NCBI GenBank assembly: GCA_963665125.2
Contig: CAXXUK010000001.1
Location: forward strand, 3,424,001-3,488,000
DNA length: 64,000 bases
Source: an uncultured Desulfarculus sp.
Lineage (GTDB): Bacteria; Desulfobacterota; Desulfarculia; Desulfarculales; Desulfarculaceae
Reading direction: 5' to 3'
In this document: positions 39,229-49,427 of the stretch, one piece after another
Numbering within the stretch: position 1 is the first letter of the stretch
How the letters are laid out: the number at the start of each line of letters is the position of its first letter
Notes under the pieces: model-generated
What the model saw: only the letters and a program-made list of their open reading frames with translations
Told to the model about the DNA's origin: nothing
Databases searched by the model: none
Position numbers and translations under genes: made by a program

Positions 39229-40281
39229 ATGACTGAAAACCGAAGCGCCAATGGCGGGTTGCTGATGTCCCTGGCCGCCCTGATCGTGGTGGTCGCCGGG
39301 CTCAAGGCGGCCTCGACCCTGGTGGTGCCGTTGTTGATGGCCCTTTTTCTGGCCGTCATCTGTAGCCCGCCCCTGCACAAGCTCCAATCCCGCGGCGTGC
39401 CCAGCGGCCTGGCCCTGCTCATCGTGCTGCTGGGCATAATCGTGGTGGCCACGGGGCTTTTGTTTTTCGTGGGCAACTCGGTGAACCAGTTCACGGACAA
39501 CCTGCCCTTTTACCAGCAGCAGCTTCAGGAGCGGTTGGCGGGCCTGGTGGCCTGGCTGGGCGGGTTCGGCTTGAAAATAGACTTCAAGACCGTGTCCAGC
39601 TATTTCGACGCCGCCAAGGCCATGCGCATGGTCGGCGGCCTGGTGGCCGGCCTGGGCTCTGTCTTGACCAGCGCGGTTTTCATCCTGCTGACGGTCATCT
39701 TCATGCTGGCCGAGGCCGCCGGGTTCCCCACCAAGCTGAGGGCCGCCTTTGCCGGCCGGGAAGACAGCCTGCCCAACATGGGCGCCATAGCCCAGAGCCT
39801 GGAGCGCTATACAGCCCTAAAGACCCTGGTCAGCCTGCTCACCGGCGTGGCCGTGGCCGTGTGGCTGTCCCTCCAGGGCGTGGACTATCCGGTGCTGTGG
39901 GGCCTGTTGGCCTTTTTGTTCAATTTCGTGCCCAACATCGGCTCCATCATCGCCGCGGTGCCCGCCGTGGTGCTGGCCTTTATCCAGATCGGCGGCAGCG
40001 CCGCCCTGGTCACCACCCTGGGCTACGTACTCATCAACGGCGTGGTGGGCAACTTCATCGAGCCCAAGCTCATGGGACAACGCATGGGCCTGTCCACTTT
40101 GGTGGTGTTTCTCTCCTTGGTTTTCTGGGGCTGGGTCCTGGGTCCGGTGGGCATGGTTTTGTCGGTGCCGCTGACCATGACTCTGAAGATAGTCCTGCAG
40201 GGCCGCGAAGACACAAAATGGGTGGCCATCCTGTTGGGCAGTGAGGAAGAGGCCCGGGCCATTCTCGGCCCGGAAAATTAA
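39229..40281 (+). CDS. AI-2E family transporter
   Basis: NFVPNIGS, NFIEPKLMG, FWGWVLGPVGM.LSVPLT. Confidence 0.92.
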   Translation: MTENRSANGGLLMSLAALIVVVAGLKAASTLVVPLLMALFLAVICSPPLHKLQSRGVPSGLALLIVLLGIIVVATGLLFFVGNSVNQFTDNLPFYQQQLQERLAGLVAWLGGFGLKIDFKTVSSYFDAAKAMRMVGGLVAGLGSVLTSAVFILLTVIFMLAEAAGFPTKLRAAFAGREDSLPNMGAIAQSLERYTALKTLVSLLTGVAVAVWLSLQGVDYPVLWGLLAFLFNFVPNIGSIIAAVPAVVLAFIQIGGSAALVTTLGYVLINGVVGNFIEPKLMGQRMGLSTLVVFLSLVFWGWVLGPVGMVLSVPLTMTLKIVLQGREDTKWVAILLGSEEEARAILGPEN

Positions 40282-40286
40282 GCGGG

Positions 40287-41408
40287 CTATTTGTTGCCTT
40301 TAAACAGTTTCGGATAGAGCTTTTCCATGCAGTCCGGACATATGCTGTGGGAAAAATCAGCATCCGAATGGGCTGATATATACGATTCGATCTGCTGCCA
40401 ATAGCCCTTGTCGTCGCGCACTTTTTTACAGCTGGCGCAGATGGGCAACAGGCCGCTGAGGTGTTTTACATCGGCCAGGGCCTGTCGCAGTTCAGCGGTT
40501 CTTTCCTGGACACGGCGTTCCAAGCCGTCATACATATCCTTTAATTCGGCCGACATGACATTAAAGTCCGTGGCCAGGTCATTCCATTCGCCGGGGAAAT
40601 CCAAGGGCAATTGATCGCCCAGATGCGCGGCGTCCGAAGCGATCATTTTTGTCTGCCTGCGCATCTTGTTCAGCGGTATGGTGAACAGAATCCTGCTGAA
40701 ATAGACAAACAAGAGCCCCAACAGGGCGATCAGGCCGAGCACGGCAACCGACAGCGAGACCGCCATGCGCTGGGCGGCGGCCAGGGGAACCGCAAGGGGC
40801 ACCCTGATGGAAATCGCTGAAACGACATCGCCTTCCGACCGGCCAAAGCTGCGCTCGGGCCCGAACACCTTGACCATGTCCGCCGGGGCCGCCGCCGGCG
40901 TGCTGTGACAGCGCAGGCATGGGCCCTCCATGGTTTCGCCGCGCCGCAGGACCTGGAGGTACTCCACCCCGTCTAGCGTGCGGACGTGCGATTCAACGCT
41001 GAGATCCTTATCCTTGTTGAGCCTGGAGATAAATGCGGCCTCCAGGACATCCGCCTCGTTTTGCGGGCTGCGGGCGTTGACGGCGCATTCCTTGTAATAG
41101 TAATTCGAGCCATCCAATTTCTGTCTGTATTGGTTAATGTTCCGCACGGCATGGGTCGACGACATCCAGACAGGATCGAAATAGGCGTCATCCATCTTGC
41201 CCTTGAGGGCTTCGAAGACGTTTGGTTTGAGTTTGTGGGAAAAATAAGTGTGGATGGCCAGGTTTTGGTCCAGGATGATCTTTGCCTTGGCTTCGGCCTC
41301 CTCCATAGCCAAGCCGTACATTTTGCGGTCAACAAACCACAGTATTCCGATCACCAGACAAAGCAGGATGATACCAAGCCCTACAAAGATGCGTGATCGT
41401 ATGGTCAT
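40287..41408 (-). CDS. Membrane sensor: periplasmic heme-c (DUF3365-like) domain, HAMP, C-terminal Cys-rich domain
   Basis: ARSPQNEAD, CLRCH, second TM plus HAMP, LPICASCKKVRDDKGYW...SHSICPDC. Confidence 0.8.
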   Translation of the reverse strand: MTIRSRIFVGLGIILLCLVIGILWFVDRKMYGLAMEEAEAKAKIILDQNLAIHTYFSHKLKPNVFEALKGKMDDAYFDPVWMSSTHAVRNINQYRQKLDGSNYYYKECAVNARSPQNEADVLEAAFISRLNKDKDLSVESHVRTLDGVEYLQVLRRGETMEGPCLRCHSTPAAAPADMVKVFGPERSFGRSEGDVVSAISIRVPLAVPLAAAQRMAVSLSVAVLGLIALLGLLFVYFSRILFTIPLNKMRRQTKMIASDAAHLGDQLPLDFPGEWNDLATDFNVMSAELKDMYDGLERRVQERTAELRQALADVKHLSGLLPICASCKKVRDDKGYWQQIESYISAHSDADFSHSICPDCMEKLYPKLFKGNK

Positions 41409-41919
41409 GGAAAAGACTCCGGCCAAGCATGTTGACTTGGGCGCGCCACAGCCAAAACCCAGACTGGCAACGCACTAACGCGTTATCTTTGGATACTTTA
41501 CACTATTTTAATGGCTGCGCGCTTGACCATCATATCCAAAAGAGCCCCGGCCCAGCGCTCCACCACATCGCCGTGTTTGCCGTTGCCCCCCTAACGCCGG
41601 CGGCCGGTCAGGCCGATTGATCGCCCCCCGACCATGGACGCCGACAATACCAATGTGAAGACCTGCCGGGCGCGGCGCCTCGCTTCAGATGTGGAGAGGT
41701 TTGATGCCAACTGGTTGACCGTTGGAGATACTTCACTGAGATTACCGGCTAAACACACTATCCATCCTTCCATTTATTCGCCGGCGGCAAAGAAAACACC
41801 TTAATCTCATAGATTTTTCTTGACTAATATTGCGGATAATCATTTAGTGGTATTATATATACCACTTAAATATCTTAAATTACGTAACAAACATTCTATT
41901 TTAAGAAGCGGGGGACAAG

Positions 41920-42366
41920 ATGGAAGCTCCTAATCGGGCCAGGCCGCAGAAGGTCAGCATAGCGATTAAATTGTTATACGCCGTAGTCGTTCTCGGAGTT
42001 CTTATGACGGTGGTGGTTATGCCGGAGATATTGTCCAATGTTCGCACGGACAGTGGACAACCCCCGGTTGAATCATCGACCGCCGCCATATTTTTCACCG
42101 TGTTCATGGTGCTAATCTACGGCTTCAGCTGTTTTTTAATTTACATGACCGGCAAAGGACACAATTGGGCCAGAATCACCTTGTTGGTGCTTTTCGTGGT
42201 CTATATGCTAATTTACATTCCCGCATTGGTGCAGAGGCTGGAAGTGGCTCCCGGTTCGGCAATGGTGGGTCTGATAATTAACATCGGCCAAGCGGTCGCC
42301 TTGGTACTTCTTTTCCAGAAACCATCGTCCGAATGGTTCAACGAGATGAAGAGCGCAATCAAATAA
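41920..42366 (+). CDS. 4-TM hypothetical membrane protein
   Basis: G.NWAR motif, LLF..PS.EWF end; GGGGA RBS. Confidence 0.7.
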   Translation: MEAPNRARPQKVSIAIKLLYAVVVLGVLMTVVVMPEILSNVRTDSGQPPVESSTAAIFFTVFMVLIYGFSCFLIYMTGKGHNWARITLLVLFVVYMLIYIPALVQRLEVAPGSAMVGLIINIGQAVALVLLFQKPSSEWFNEMKSAIK

Positions 42367-45079
42367 GAACTTCGGAGCCGCCGCTTGACAGGGCCCGGTC
42401 TATGGCCTGGGCGATTGTCCGGCGGTCCACGGGTTTCAGGAGCACCTGCTCCACTCCGGCGGTTGCCTTGGTTTCCGGTGTAAGCTGTTCGCTGTAGCCG
42501 GTGCAGATGATCACCGGCACGTCGGCCCTGGTCTCCCGGACAAACCGGGCCAGCTCCAGGCCCGTGATGTGGGGCATCGTGTGGTCGGTGATGACCAGGT
42601 CAAAAGACTCCGGTTCTGATTTGAAGGCCTCCAGGGCCAACCTGGAGTCGCTGAAGGCCTTGACGCTGTGGCCCATGCGCCCAAGGGTCCTTTTGAAAAC
42701 CTCCACCAGCGACTCTTCATCGTCCACGAACAATATCCGGGCCACGTCGGCGGCGGCATCGGCCTTGACCGTAGACGCCGCGACGGGCTCGCCCTGGGCC
42801 AGGGGCAGCAAAATCACCACGTCCGTGCCGGTTTGCCGGTCACTGGTGATTTCCACCCACCCCTGGTGGCCGGTGATGATGCCGTGGACCTCGGCCAACC
42901 CGAGACCGGTTTTCGCGGTATTGTTCCGGGACCGGAAAAATGGCTCAAAGGCCCGCTGGACCGATTCATCATCCATGCCCGGCCCATTGTCGCTGAAGCA
43001 AAGCCTAAAATAGCGTCCGGCGTCCAGACCGGGCATTTCCACCAATTCCCTGCCGCTGATATCCACCAGCGATGTCGAAACGTTTATGATGCCCGGTTCA
43101 CCGGCCAAGGCATCAGTGGAGTTTTGGCACAAATTGAGAAAAACTCGTTGCAATTGGACCGAGTCCACCGGGACGACGGCCTGTTCATGGCCAATTTTCA
43201 TGTCCAACTCGATTTCTTGGGGAAGCACGGATCTGATCTGCCTGACCATATCGGGCAACACCACCGCCATGTCAACCGGGGCGCGTTCGCCCTTGGCATG
43301 CCTGCTGAACGGAGCCAGCCGCCGTACAAGCTCGCGCCCCCTGGCTGCCGCGATAATGCTGCGTTTCAGATATTGTCTGCCGCTTTGCTCATCGCCGCCG
43401 TCGATGTCTTCCAGGGCCAACTCGTTGTATCCGGTTATGGCCGCTAAAATATTGTTGAATTCGTGAGCCACTCCGCCGGCCATGGCTGAAATGGCCTCCA
43501 GGCGCCGCATTTTAGCCAGCCGAGCCTCCATCAGCGACATGCGTTGCTGCTGGTGCTTTCGTTGGGTGATGTCCTCGTAAAGACAGAGCATGCCCCGTGC
43601 GCAGCCGTCGCGGTGGACAATGGGCACCATGTACAGGTTCACATTGATTTCCCCGCCGTCCTTGCGCGTCCGGACCGTTTCCAATTGCAAACCGGCCTCT
43701 TCATGGCTGCCCTGCTTGACCCGCTGGACAAACCGGCCGATCTCCGATGCACCCTCATCCTGGATCAAGGGAGATGGGCATCCCATAATTTCTTGCGCGG
43801 ACCAGCAAAACATTTTTTCGGCTGCTCCGCCCCAGTGTATGACCCGGCCCTGATCATCGAGCACCACAACGGCCAACGGGCTGGCGTCGATAAGCGTCTG
43901 CAGGGTTTCAGTGAAACGTTCCAGGGCGGTCCGGGCCCGGACGGTATCGGTTATATCGGTCAAACAGGCCAGGATTGCCGGTCGGCCGTTCCATTGGGAC
44001 TCCGCCATCCGGCACCGCACCCACATCTCATCCAAAACCGGACCGGCCAGGCGAAACTCGCGGCAATCAGCCTTGTCCGCGGCGGCTTGAAGCTCCGCGG
44101 CCAAATGCCGGTCTTGTGGGGAAACCACATCCAAAAACCCGTTGCCGGCAAGGTCCTCGGCCGACTTGCCGGTCATCTCGGCGGCCGCCGGATTGCCAAA
44201 GCATATCCTGCCGTCCTGGATGATCAGGACACCCTGGCCGATGCCGTTGACTATCTGCTCGTATTGCCTTTCCCCGGCTCGCTTCGGATCGGCCAAGGCA
44301 TGCTCGACAATGTTCTTGTTGCTGAGATCTTCGGTTATGTCCTGAACCATGCCCACGGCCCTGGCGGCGGTTCCCGAGGCATCGAATTCAACCGCCTGGC
44401 CCCGGCCGCTGTAGCAATGCCACGATCCGTCGGCGTGCTTGAAACGTACGGTTACGTCCACATCGGCGCAGCCTTCATCAAGCTTCCGGCGAACCTCCAA
44501 CAGAGTGTCGAGGTCGTCCGGGTGGACCAGCGACCTGAACCCATCGGCTTCGCACTGGACCAGGGAAGGGTCCCAACCGGTCCTGGCAACCCACTTGTGG
44601 CTGAGCACAAACTTGTTGCCTTTAACGTCGTAGTCCCAATAACCATCGGAAATCGCGTCCAAAACAGCGGCCTGTCGCCGTTCATGGGCGGCAGCCCGGG
44701 CTTCGGCCCCGGCCTTGGCCATAGCCGCCCTTACGGTTGCTATCATTTCATTGTGCTGGAAAGGCTTCATCAACAGGCCCAGGGGCTCCAGAGCGGCAAC
44801 CTGCCTAATCAAATCGTCATCAACCTGGGACAGCAGCAAAACCAAACCAACCCCGAACTCCCGCCGCAGACGACCGGCCGGGGTAATTCCCGCGCCGATC
44901 CCCCCGACGTTGATGTTTACCAGGGCCAAATCGGGCCGGGACGCCGCCGCGGCCTCCAGGGCCTGGGTATAGTCGCCCGTTACGCAGACGACCCGGCAGC
45001 CCAGCCCCTCCAGGCTCATGCGCAAATGGCCGCCGACCAGGATGTCGTCTTCGATTATGAGAACAGAATCTTTGGGCAC
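42359..45079 (-). CDS. Hybrid histidine kinase: degenerate receiver, 3 PAS, HisKA/HATPase, receiver
   Basis: AHEFNN H-box, DNGPG, GLGL, VDDE...TDHTMP. Confidence 0.9.
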   Translation of the reverse strand: MPKDSVLIIEDDILVGGHLRMSLEGLGCRVVCVTGDYTQALEAAAASRPDLALVNINVGGIGAGITPAGRLRREFGVGLVLLLSQVDDDLIRQVAALEPLGLLMKPFQHNEMIATVRAAMAKAGAEARAAAHERRQAAVLDAISDGYWDYDVKGNKFVLSHKWVARTGWDPSLVQCEADGFRSLVHPDDLDTLLEVRRKLDEGCADVDVTVRFKHADGSWHCYSGRGQAVEFDASGTAARAVGMVQDITEDLSNKNIVEHALADPKRAGERQYEQIVNGIGQGVLIIQDGRICFGNPAAAEMTGKSAEDLAGNGFLDVVSPQDRHLAAELQAAADKADCREFRLAGPVLDEMWVRCRMAESQWNGRPAILACLTDITDTVRARTALERFTETLQTLIDASPLAVVVLDDQGRVIHWGGAAEKMFCWSAQEIMGCPSPLIQDEGASEIGRFVQRVKQGSHEEAGLQLETVRTRKDGGEINVNLYMVPIVHRDGCARGMLCLYEDITQRKHQQQRMSLMEARLAKMRRLEAISAMAGGVAHEFNNILAAITGYNELALEDIDGGDEQSGRQYLKRSIIAAARGRELVRRLAPFSRHAKGERAPVDMAVVLPDMVRQIRSVLPQEIELDMKIGHEQAVVPVDSVQLQRVFLNLCQNSTDALAGEPGIINVSTSLVDISGRELVEMPGLDAGRYFRLCFSDNGPGMDDESVQRAFEPFFRSRNNTAKTGLGLAEVHGIITGHQGWVEITSDRQTGTDVVILLPLAQGEPVAASTVKADAAADVARILFVDDEESLVEVFKRTLGRMGHSVKAFSDSRLALEAFKSEPESFDLVITDHTMPHITGLELARFVRETRADVPVIICTGYSEQLTPETKATAGVEQVLLKPVDRRTIAQAIDRALSSGGSEVLI

Positions 45080-45120
45080 TTACAGACCCTCGCGTTGCCG
45101 GAAAACCTTCAGCCGGCGGT

Positions 45121-47544
45121 TCAATCAATGGTGGAAAAACGAATTACAAATTCCGTACCCTGGCCCCGGTTTATCTGCAATTGTCCCTGCAGTTGCCTTT
45201 CCACCAGGCCACGCACCAGGGTCAGTCCCAGGGTATTGCTTTGCTGTTCGGCGAAATCGCTGATCCCCTTGCCGTTGTCGGCAACCGAAACCTCGGCCAG
45301 GCTTCCGCCGATATCCCTGGCGTTGATGACAATGGTGCCCCCGACGCCGTTAAAGGCATGCTTCAAGGAATTTGTCAGCAGTTCATTGAGCACCAGGCCA
45401 AACGACATGGCCTTGTCCAGGTCCAGTTGAATCGAATCGGCGGCTATATTCCACCGCACATTGCTGGCGGTGCTGTCAAAGGCCTGCTTGAGGCCTCCGC
45501 ACAAACGCCGAATATATTGTTCCATGTCCAACACGGCGATATTGTCCGTCTGGTACAGCGTCTCATGCACCAGGCTCATGGCGGAGATGCGTCTTTCGAC
45601 TTCCTGCAGGATCTTTTCCACGCCAGGATCGCTGAGTTTACTGGCCTGCATCCAGAGCAGACTCTGGATAACCTGCATGTTGTTCTTGACCCGATGATGA
45701 ATTTCCCTGAGCAGAATTTCCTTTTCGGCCAACGCGTCCTGCAGGCGCTGTTCATACCTTGTGCGCTGGGTAATGTCGCGCATGATGGCCATCATCACAT
45801 CGGGCAAGCCGTCGCCCCCCCATTTCAAGGTGGAGATGGATATCTCCATTGCGACTAGGTTGTTTTTTTTATCGCGCAGGGGCCATTCACCGCGCCAAAA
45901 ACCCTTTGAGGCGACCTGGGAATGGGCGTCTTCGGCAAAACCAACGAACATGTCCTCATCCAGGTGGGCAATCAAGGTGGATTGGCCGATTAGGTCCTTG
46001 GCCTCGGAGCCGAACATCTTTTGGGCGGCCGGGTTGGCGTCCAGGATTACTCTATCGCGGTCCAAGATAACGATGGGGTCCATGGAATTTTCATATAGGG
46101 CCTGAAAATACCAACGCCGCTCGGCGATTTCCTTTTCCGCCCGGCGAATGCCGGTGATATCGCTGACCAGTATATCGATTCGCGCCGGGGACCGGCCCAA
46201 GGCGGGAGAATACCTGGCCCGGCTGCGCACCATGCGCTGCGACCCGTCCCGGGACACCACGCGATGCTCCCATTGGGCGCTGCCCGACTGGCACAACTCA
46301 TCAATCCCCTTCTCAACGAACCGGCGGTCCTCCGGATGAACAAGCTCCAACAAATTAAAGTCGCCCGTCGTGTTTATCATCTCGGACAGACCCAGGATTT
46401 CGTCCGCTGCATGGTTGGAAAACAGGACATGTTTGAAATCAGCGGTCAGCGAGACCACGGCTTCATCCATGCTGCTGAAAATGCTGTGCAAAAGCTGGCG
46501 GTTTTCACTGAGTTCCCTGGCCGAGGCCCTGCTTTCGGTATTATCGGTCAGTAAAAAAACAGTGCCTTCAAACGAGCCGTCTTGATCCCTGAGCCTGGCC
46601 GGAGAGATGCGAAGGCTCACCTCGTCCCCTTTCGGCCTGACAAAGCTGTCTATTTCCAAAGGCTGAAGATTGGCGGCGTCCTTATCGGCGGCGCTCAGAA
46701 AAATCCTAACCAGGGGTTCTGATTTCAGCCCGGCCAAGGCCCGCCGCAAGTCGCTGCCCACATCCAGTTGACCGGCGCTTAGCCCCAATATCCTCCGGAA
46801 CTGGCTGTTGACGAAGATCACCGTCAAGGAGGCATCGACCACCAACAGGCCCTCGGCCATGGTGTTGGCCGAAAGCCGGTATATCCTCTCCCGGGCCGTC
46901 AACACCTGCTGGGCGGACTCCAACTCCTGCCGCTGGGTCTGAAAATAAAGAACGAGCAGGCTGATGCCGATCCAGGAGGCAATAACGCCGGTGGCCAGCC
47001 AGCCCCATTGGGCAAACCAGATCTCGTCCATGTAAAGCGGCCCTGCCGTGGCCAGCAACACCCCGGCAAATATTATGGCCATTCCCGAGCTTACCCGGGA
47101 GATGCGGTCCAGGCCTTCGGCGCCGATCAACACCGAGCCTCCGCAAAAGCAGATATAGGCCAAGGACAAATATGCCGGCATTGAACCGACCATGAAACCC
47201 AGGTGCAACTGATTCGCCGTGGCCACCCAGCCGAAAGCCAGGGCCATAACGGCAATGGTCCAAACGGGATATTTTTTCCCCGCCAGGGAGTAACAGCCGG
47301 CAACGATAAAGATCAAGCTCAGGGCAAAGGTGACTGTATAGGCAGCGATTACAGCTGAATACGAATCGCCAAAGGAAGGGGGCAACAGGATCAACAGACA
47401 GTACCGCAACAGGGCCAAACCCCAGCCGATGGTCCACATGGCCAGATGCCTTTGACGGTGCATGGCCCATAGGTGCAGGTGAACTACAAACAGAATCAAC
47501 ATGGCCGCCAAACCGGCAACCATTCTTGGGGCAGTCAAATCCAT
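45121..47544 (-). CDS. Multi-TM PAS histidine kinase (HisKA_2 type)
   Basis: About 7 TMs, three PAS, EIHHRVKNNMQ, NELLTNSLKHAF, DNGKG; start uncertain. Confidence 0.9.
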   Translation of the reverse strand: MDLTAPRMVAGLAAMLILFVVHLHLWAMHRQRHLAMWTIGWGLALLRYCLLILLPPSFGDSYSAVIAAYTVTFALSLIFIVAGCYSLAGKKYPVWTIAVMALAFGWVATANQLHLGFMVGSMPAYLSLAYICFCGGSVLIGAEGLDRISRVSSGMAIIFAGVLLATAGPLYMDEIWFAQWGWLATGVIASWIGISLLVLYFQTQRQELESAQQVLTARERIYRLSANTMAEGLLVVDASLTVIFVNSQFRRILGLSAGQLDVGSDLRRALAGLKSEPLVRIFLSAADKDAANLQPLEIDSFVRPKGDEVSLRISPARLRDQDGSFEGTVFLLTDNTESRASARELSENRQLLHSIFSSMDEAVVSLTADFKHVLFSNHAADEILGLSEMINTTGDFNLLELVHPEDRRFVEKGIDELCQSGSAQWEHRVVSRDGSQRMVRSRARYSPALGRSPARIDILVSDITGIRRAEKEIAERRWYFQALYENSMDPIVILDRDRVILDANPAAQKMFGSEAKDLIGQSTLIAHLDEDMFVGFAEDAHSQVASKGFWRGEWPLRDKKNNLVAMEISISTLKWGGDGLPDVMMAIMRDITQRTRYEQRLQDALAEKEILLREIHHRVKNNMQVIQSLLWMQASKLSDPGVEKILQEVERRISAMSLVHETLYQTDNIAVLDMEQYIRRLCGGLKQAFDSTASNVRWNIAADSIQLDLDKAMSFGLVLNELLTNSLKHAFNGVGGTIVINARDIGGSLAEVSVADNGKGISDFAEQQSNTLGLTLVRGLVERQLQGQLQINRGQGTEFVIRFSTID

Positions 47545-47898
47545 TACAGACCTTTGGTTTCCAAACAAGGCATTTAGGTGCAGACGGTACCCAGGTCTTT
47601 CAGCTAAGTTTTTAGAATATCACAAGCGCGTTTACAACAACTCCTTTAATTACTCAGTTTTGCCAATGCATACATTGACCAAGGGCAGGCGGATATTGTC
47701 TCGACCTTAAACAATTAGACCATTTGATTGTTTAAGATTAAGGCGGAAGAAAACGGCAGGAAAAGCAAAAGCAAACAAGAGGCCGATTTTCGTCGGCGCC
47801 GCAAGGCCCTCGGGTTTGGGAGACGCCTCCGTAGACCGGCTATTAACGGAAATGAAAATAAATCAGGCTCCGGCCATTGCGCGGAGCCCGATTCAAAT

Positions 47899-48372
47899 TT
47901 AACTCACGACCCACACCGCGCAGTCCCTGGCCTGGTGAACAACCTGGGCGGATACGGACCCGTACAAAAACTCCTCGGCCTTTGAAAGACCCCGGCGGCC
48001 CACCACCACCGTGCCGAAACCGTAACGCTTCTGATATTCAATCAGCGACTCGCCCACCGACACCCCCGAGGATTCGATCAGCTCATAGGAAATATTGTCG
48101 CCGGGGATTCCGGCATCCTTCAACAGGTCTCTGGCCTGGGACAGGACTTCGGTCATCTCCTCCCTGCGGCGCAGATCCTCCTTGGTGCGGGAGCCCTGGT
48201 CGGGGAAATTGTCACGGCTGGGCGGCTGATGCACCGAGACTATCTTGATCTGGCAGTTGCTGGACCCGCCCAGCACGGCGGCCACGAAGTTAACCGCCGA
48301 CAGGCTCTTGATAGTGTTGTCTATACCCAAAAGAATCCTGTTCCAAATTAAGACGGTTGGACCTTGAGTCAT
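47899..48372 (-). CDS. Universal stress protein
   Basis: ILLGID, VVGRRG.S....GSVS..VV......VWVV. Confidence 0.92.
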   Translation of the reverse strand: MTQGPTVLIWNRILLGIDNTIKSLSAVNFVAAVLGGSSNCQIKIVSVHQPPSRDNFPDQGSRTKEDLRRREEMTEVLSQARDLLKDAGIPGDNISYELIESSGVSVGESLIEYQKRYGFGTVVVGRRGLSKAEEFLYGSVSAQVVHQARDCAVWVVS

Positions 48373-49334
48373 GCGGCTACCTCCTCGGGCGGCGGCAACT
48401 TGTCCATCGCCGGGCGCAGTTCGGCGAGCAGTTCATCGACATGCTCGTAGAACACCGGCGTGGCCGCCGCGAAGTGCATCAACACGCGGTTGAGTTCGTC
48501 GGGTAAATAAGGATACACCTTGCGAAGATTAAAAATCCGGTGCGGCAGGACCAGCGACATGTCCTCCGGCCCAATCCGGCTCAGGGCTTCGGGATTGGAT
48601 TGCTTAAGGGAATGGGTTGTTGGTATGCCCGCGCCGATCACATAACAAACCACGTTGCCCAAGCCGAAAAGATCCAGGCCGTACGGGCTGATCATCGCCT
48701 CGTAATTGTAATCAAAGTCGATCCAGCGCCAGAAGCCGGTTTCCCTTTCCACGAAAAGATGATCGCGCCTGATATCGCCATGACGCTCACCCCTGTCGTG
48801 TAAAAAGCCAATGGCCTCGATGCTGGTGGTCAGCTTGCTCAGCAAAGCCGGAAGGCGGCGGTTCATGTATTGCTGGTGGCTCAAGCCCATATCCTCCAGA
48901 TCCAATACAAATGGTTTGCCGCGAATGCGCTCGATAACCCGAACTGCATTCTGGGCCTTGTCGTATAGGGTCTCGCCTTGCATGAAAAACGGGTTGCCGT
49001 GGACGATATCGAGTATGCGCGATTCTTTCATGGGGCTGCGAAAACGCCTGATGCGCACCCCCCCCAAGGACAGATCGAACTCTTCGAAAAAAACCAGCTT
49101 GATGACCTTTTCTGAACCGTCAAACAGGTCAACACCCGTCTTGACCCATGGCTTTGGTTCATCATCAAGCCCGAAGCGGCCCTCGAACATGTGGCCCCTT
49201 ATTACAAACAGCCGGTCTTGGAATTCCAGCACATCGCCGCGGTCGATATTCATCCATTGGCTGGTGTCGCGAATAACATTCAGTTTAGGTATCTTGGAGC
49301 GAAGGAGTTCCTCGGCCCGCTTTTTGACATCCAT
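48369..49334 (-). CDS. Protein-kinase-like protein
   Basis: VIK lysine, HGDIRRDH catalytic loop, WIDFD, DLFGLG. Confidence 0.75.
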   Translation of the reverse strand: MDVKKRAEELLRSKIPKLNVIRDTSQWMNIDRGDVLEFQDRLFVIRGHMFEGRFGLDDEPKPWVKTGVDLFDGSEKVIKLVFFEEFDLSLGGVRIRRFRSPMKESRILDIVHGNPFFMQGETLYDKAQNAVRVIERIRGKPFVLDLEDMGLSHQQYMNRRLPALLSKLTTSIEAIGFLHDRGERHGDIRRDHLFVERETGFWRWIDFDYNYEAMISPYGLDLFGLGNVVCYVIGAGIPTTHSLKQSNPEALSRIGPEDMSLVLPHRIFNLRKVYPYLPDELNRVLMHFAAATPVFYEHVDELLAELRPAMDKLPPPEEVAA

Positions 49335-49427
49335 CGTTGCTCCAATGCGGAGGTGTTGCTTTCCTTTATTGTAGCACCATGTTCCCCGCGGACGTCAGGG
49401 GCGTCGCGTACCGCGTTTGACCAAATG

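Noticed and set aside
41657..41667. GAAGACCTGCC resembling a cobalamin riboswitch B12 box
   Set aside because: Lacks the preceding AGYCAG and other core motifs; no B12-related gene follows.
41634..41804. 56-aa plus-strand ORF MDADNTNVK... in an intergenic gap
   Set aside because: No RBS and no recognisable motif.
43544..45430. 628-aa plus-strand ORF
   Set aside because: Antisense shadow of two histidine kinase genes.
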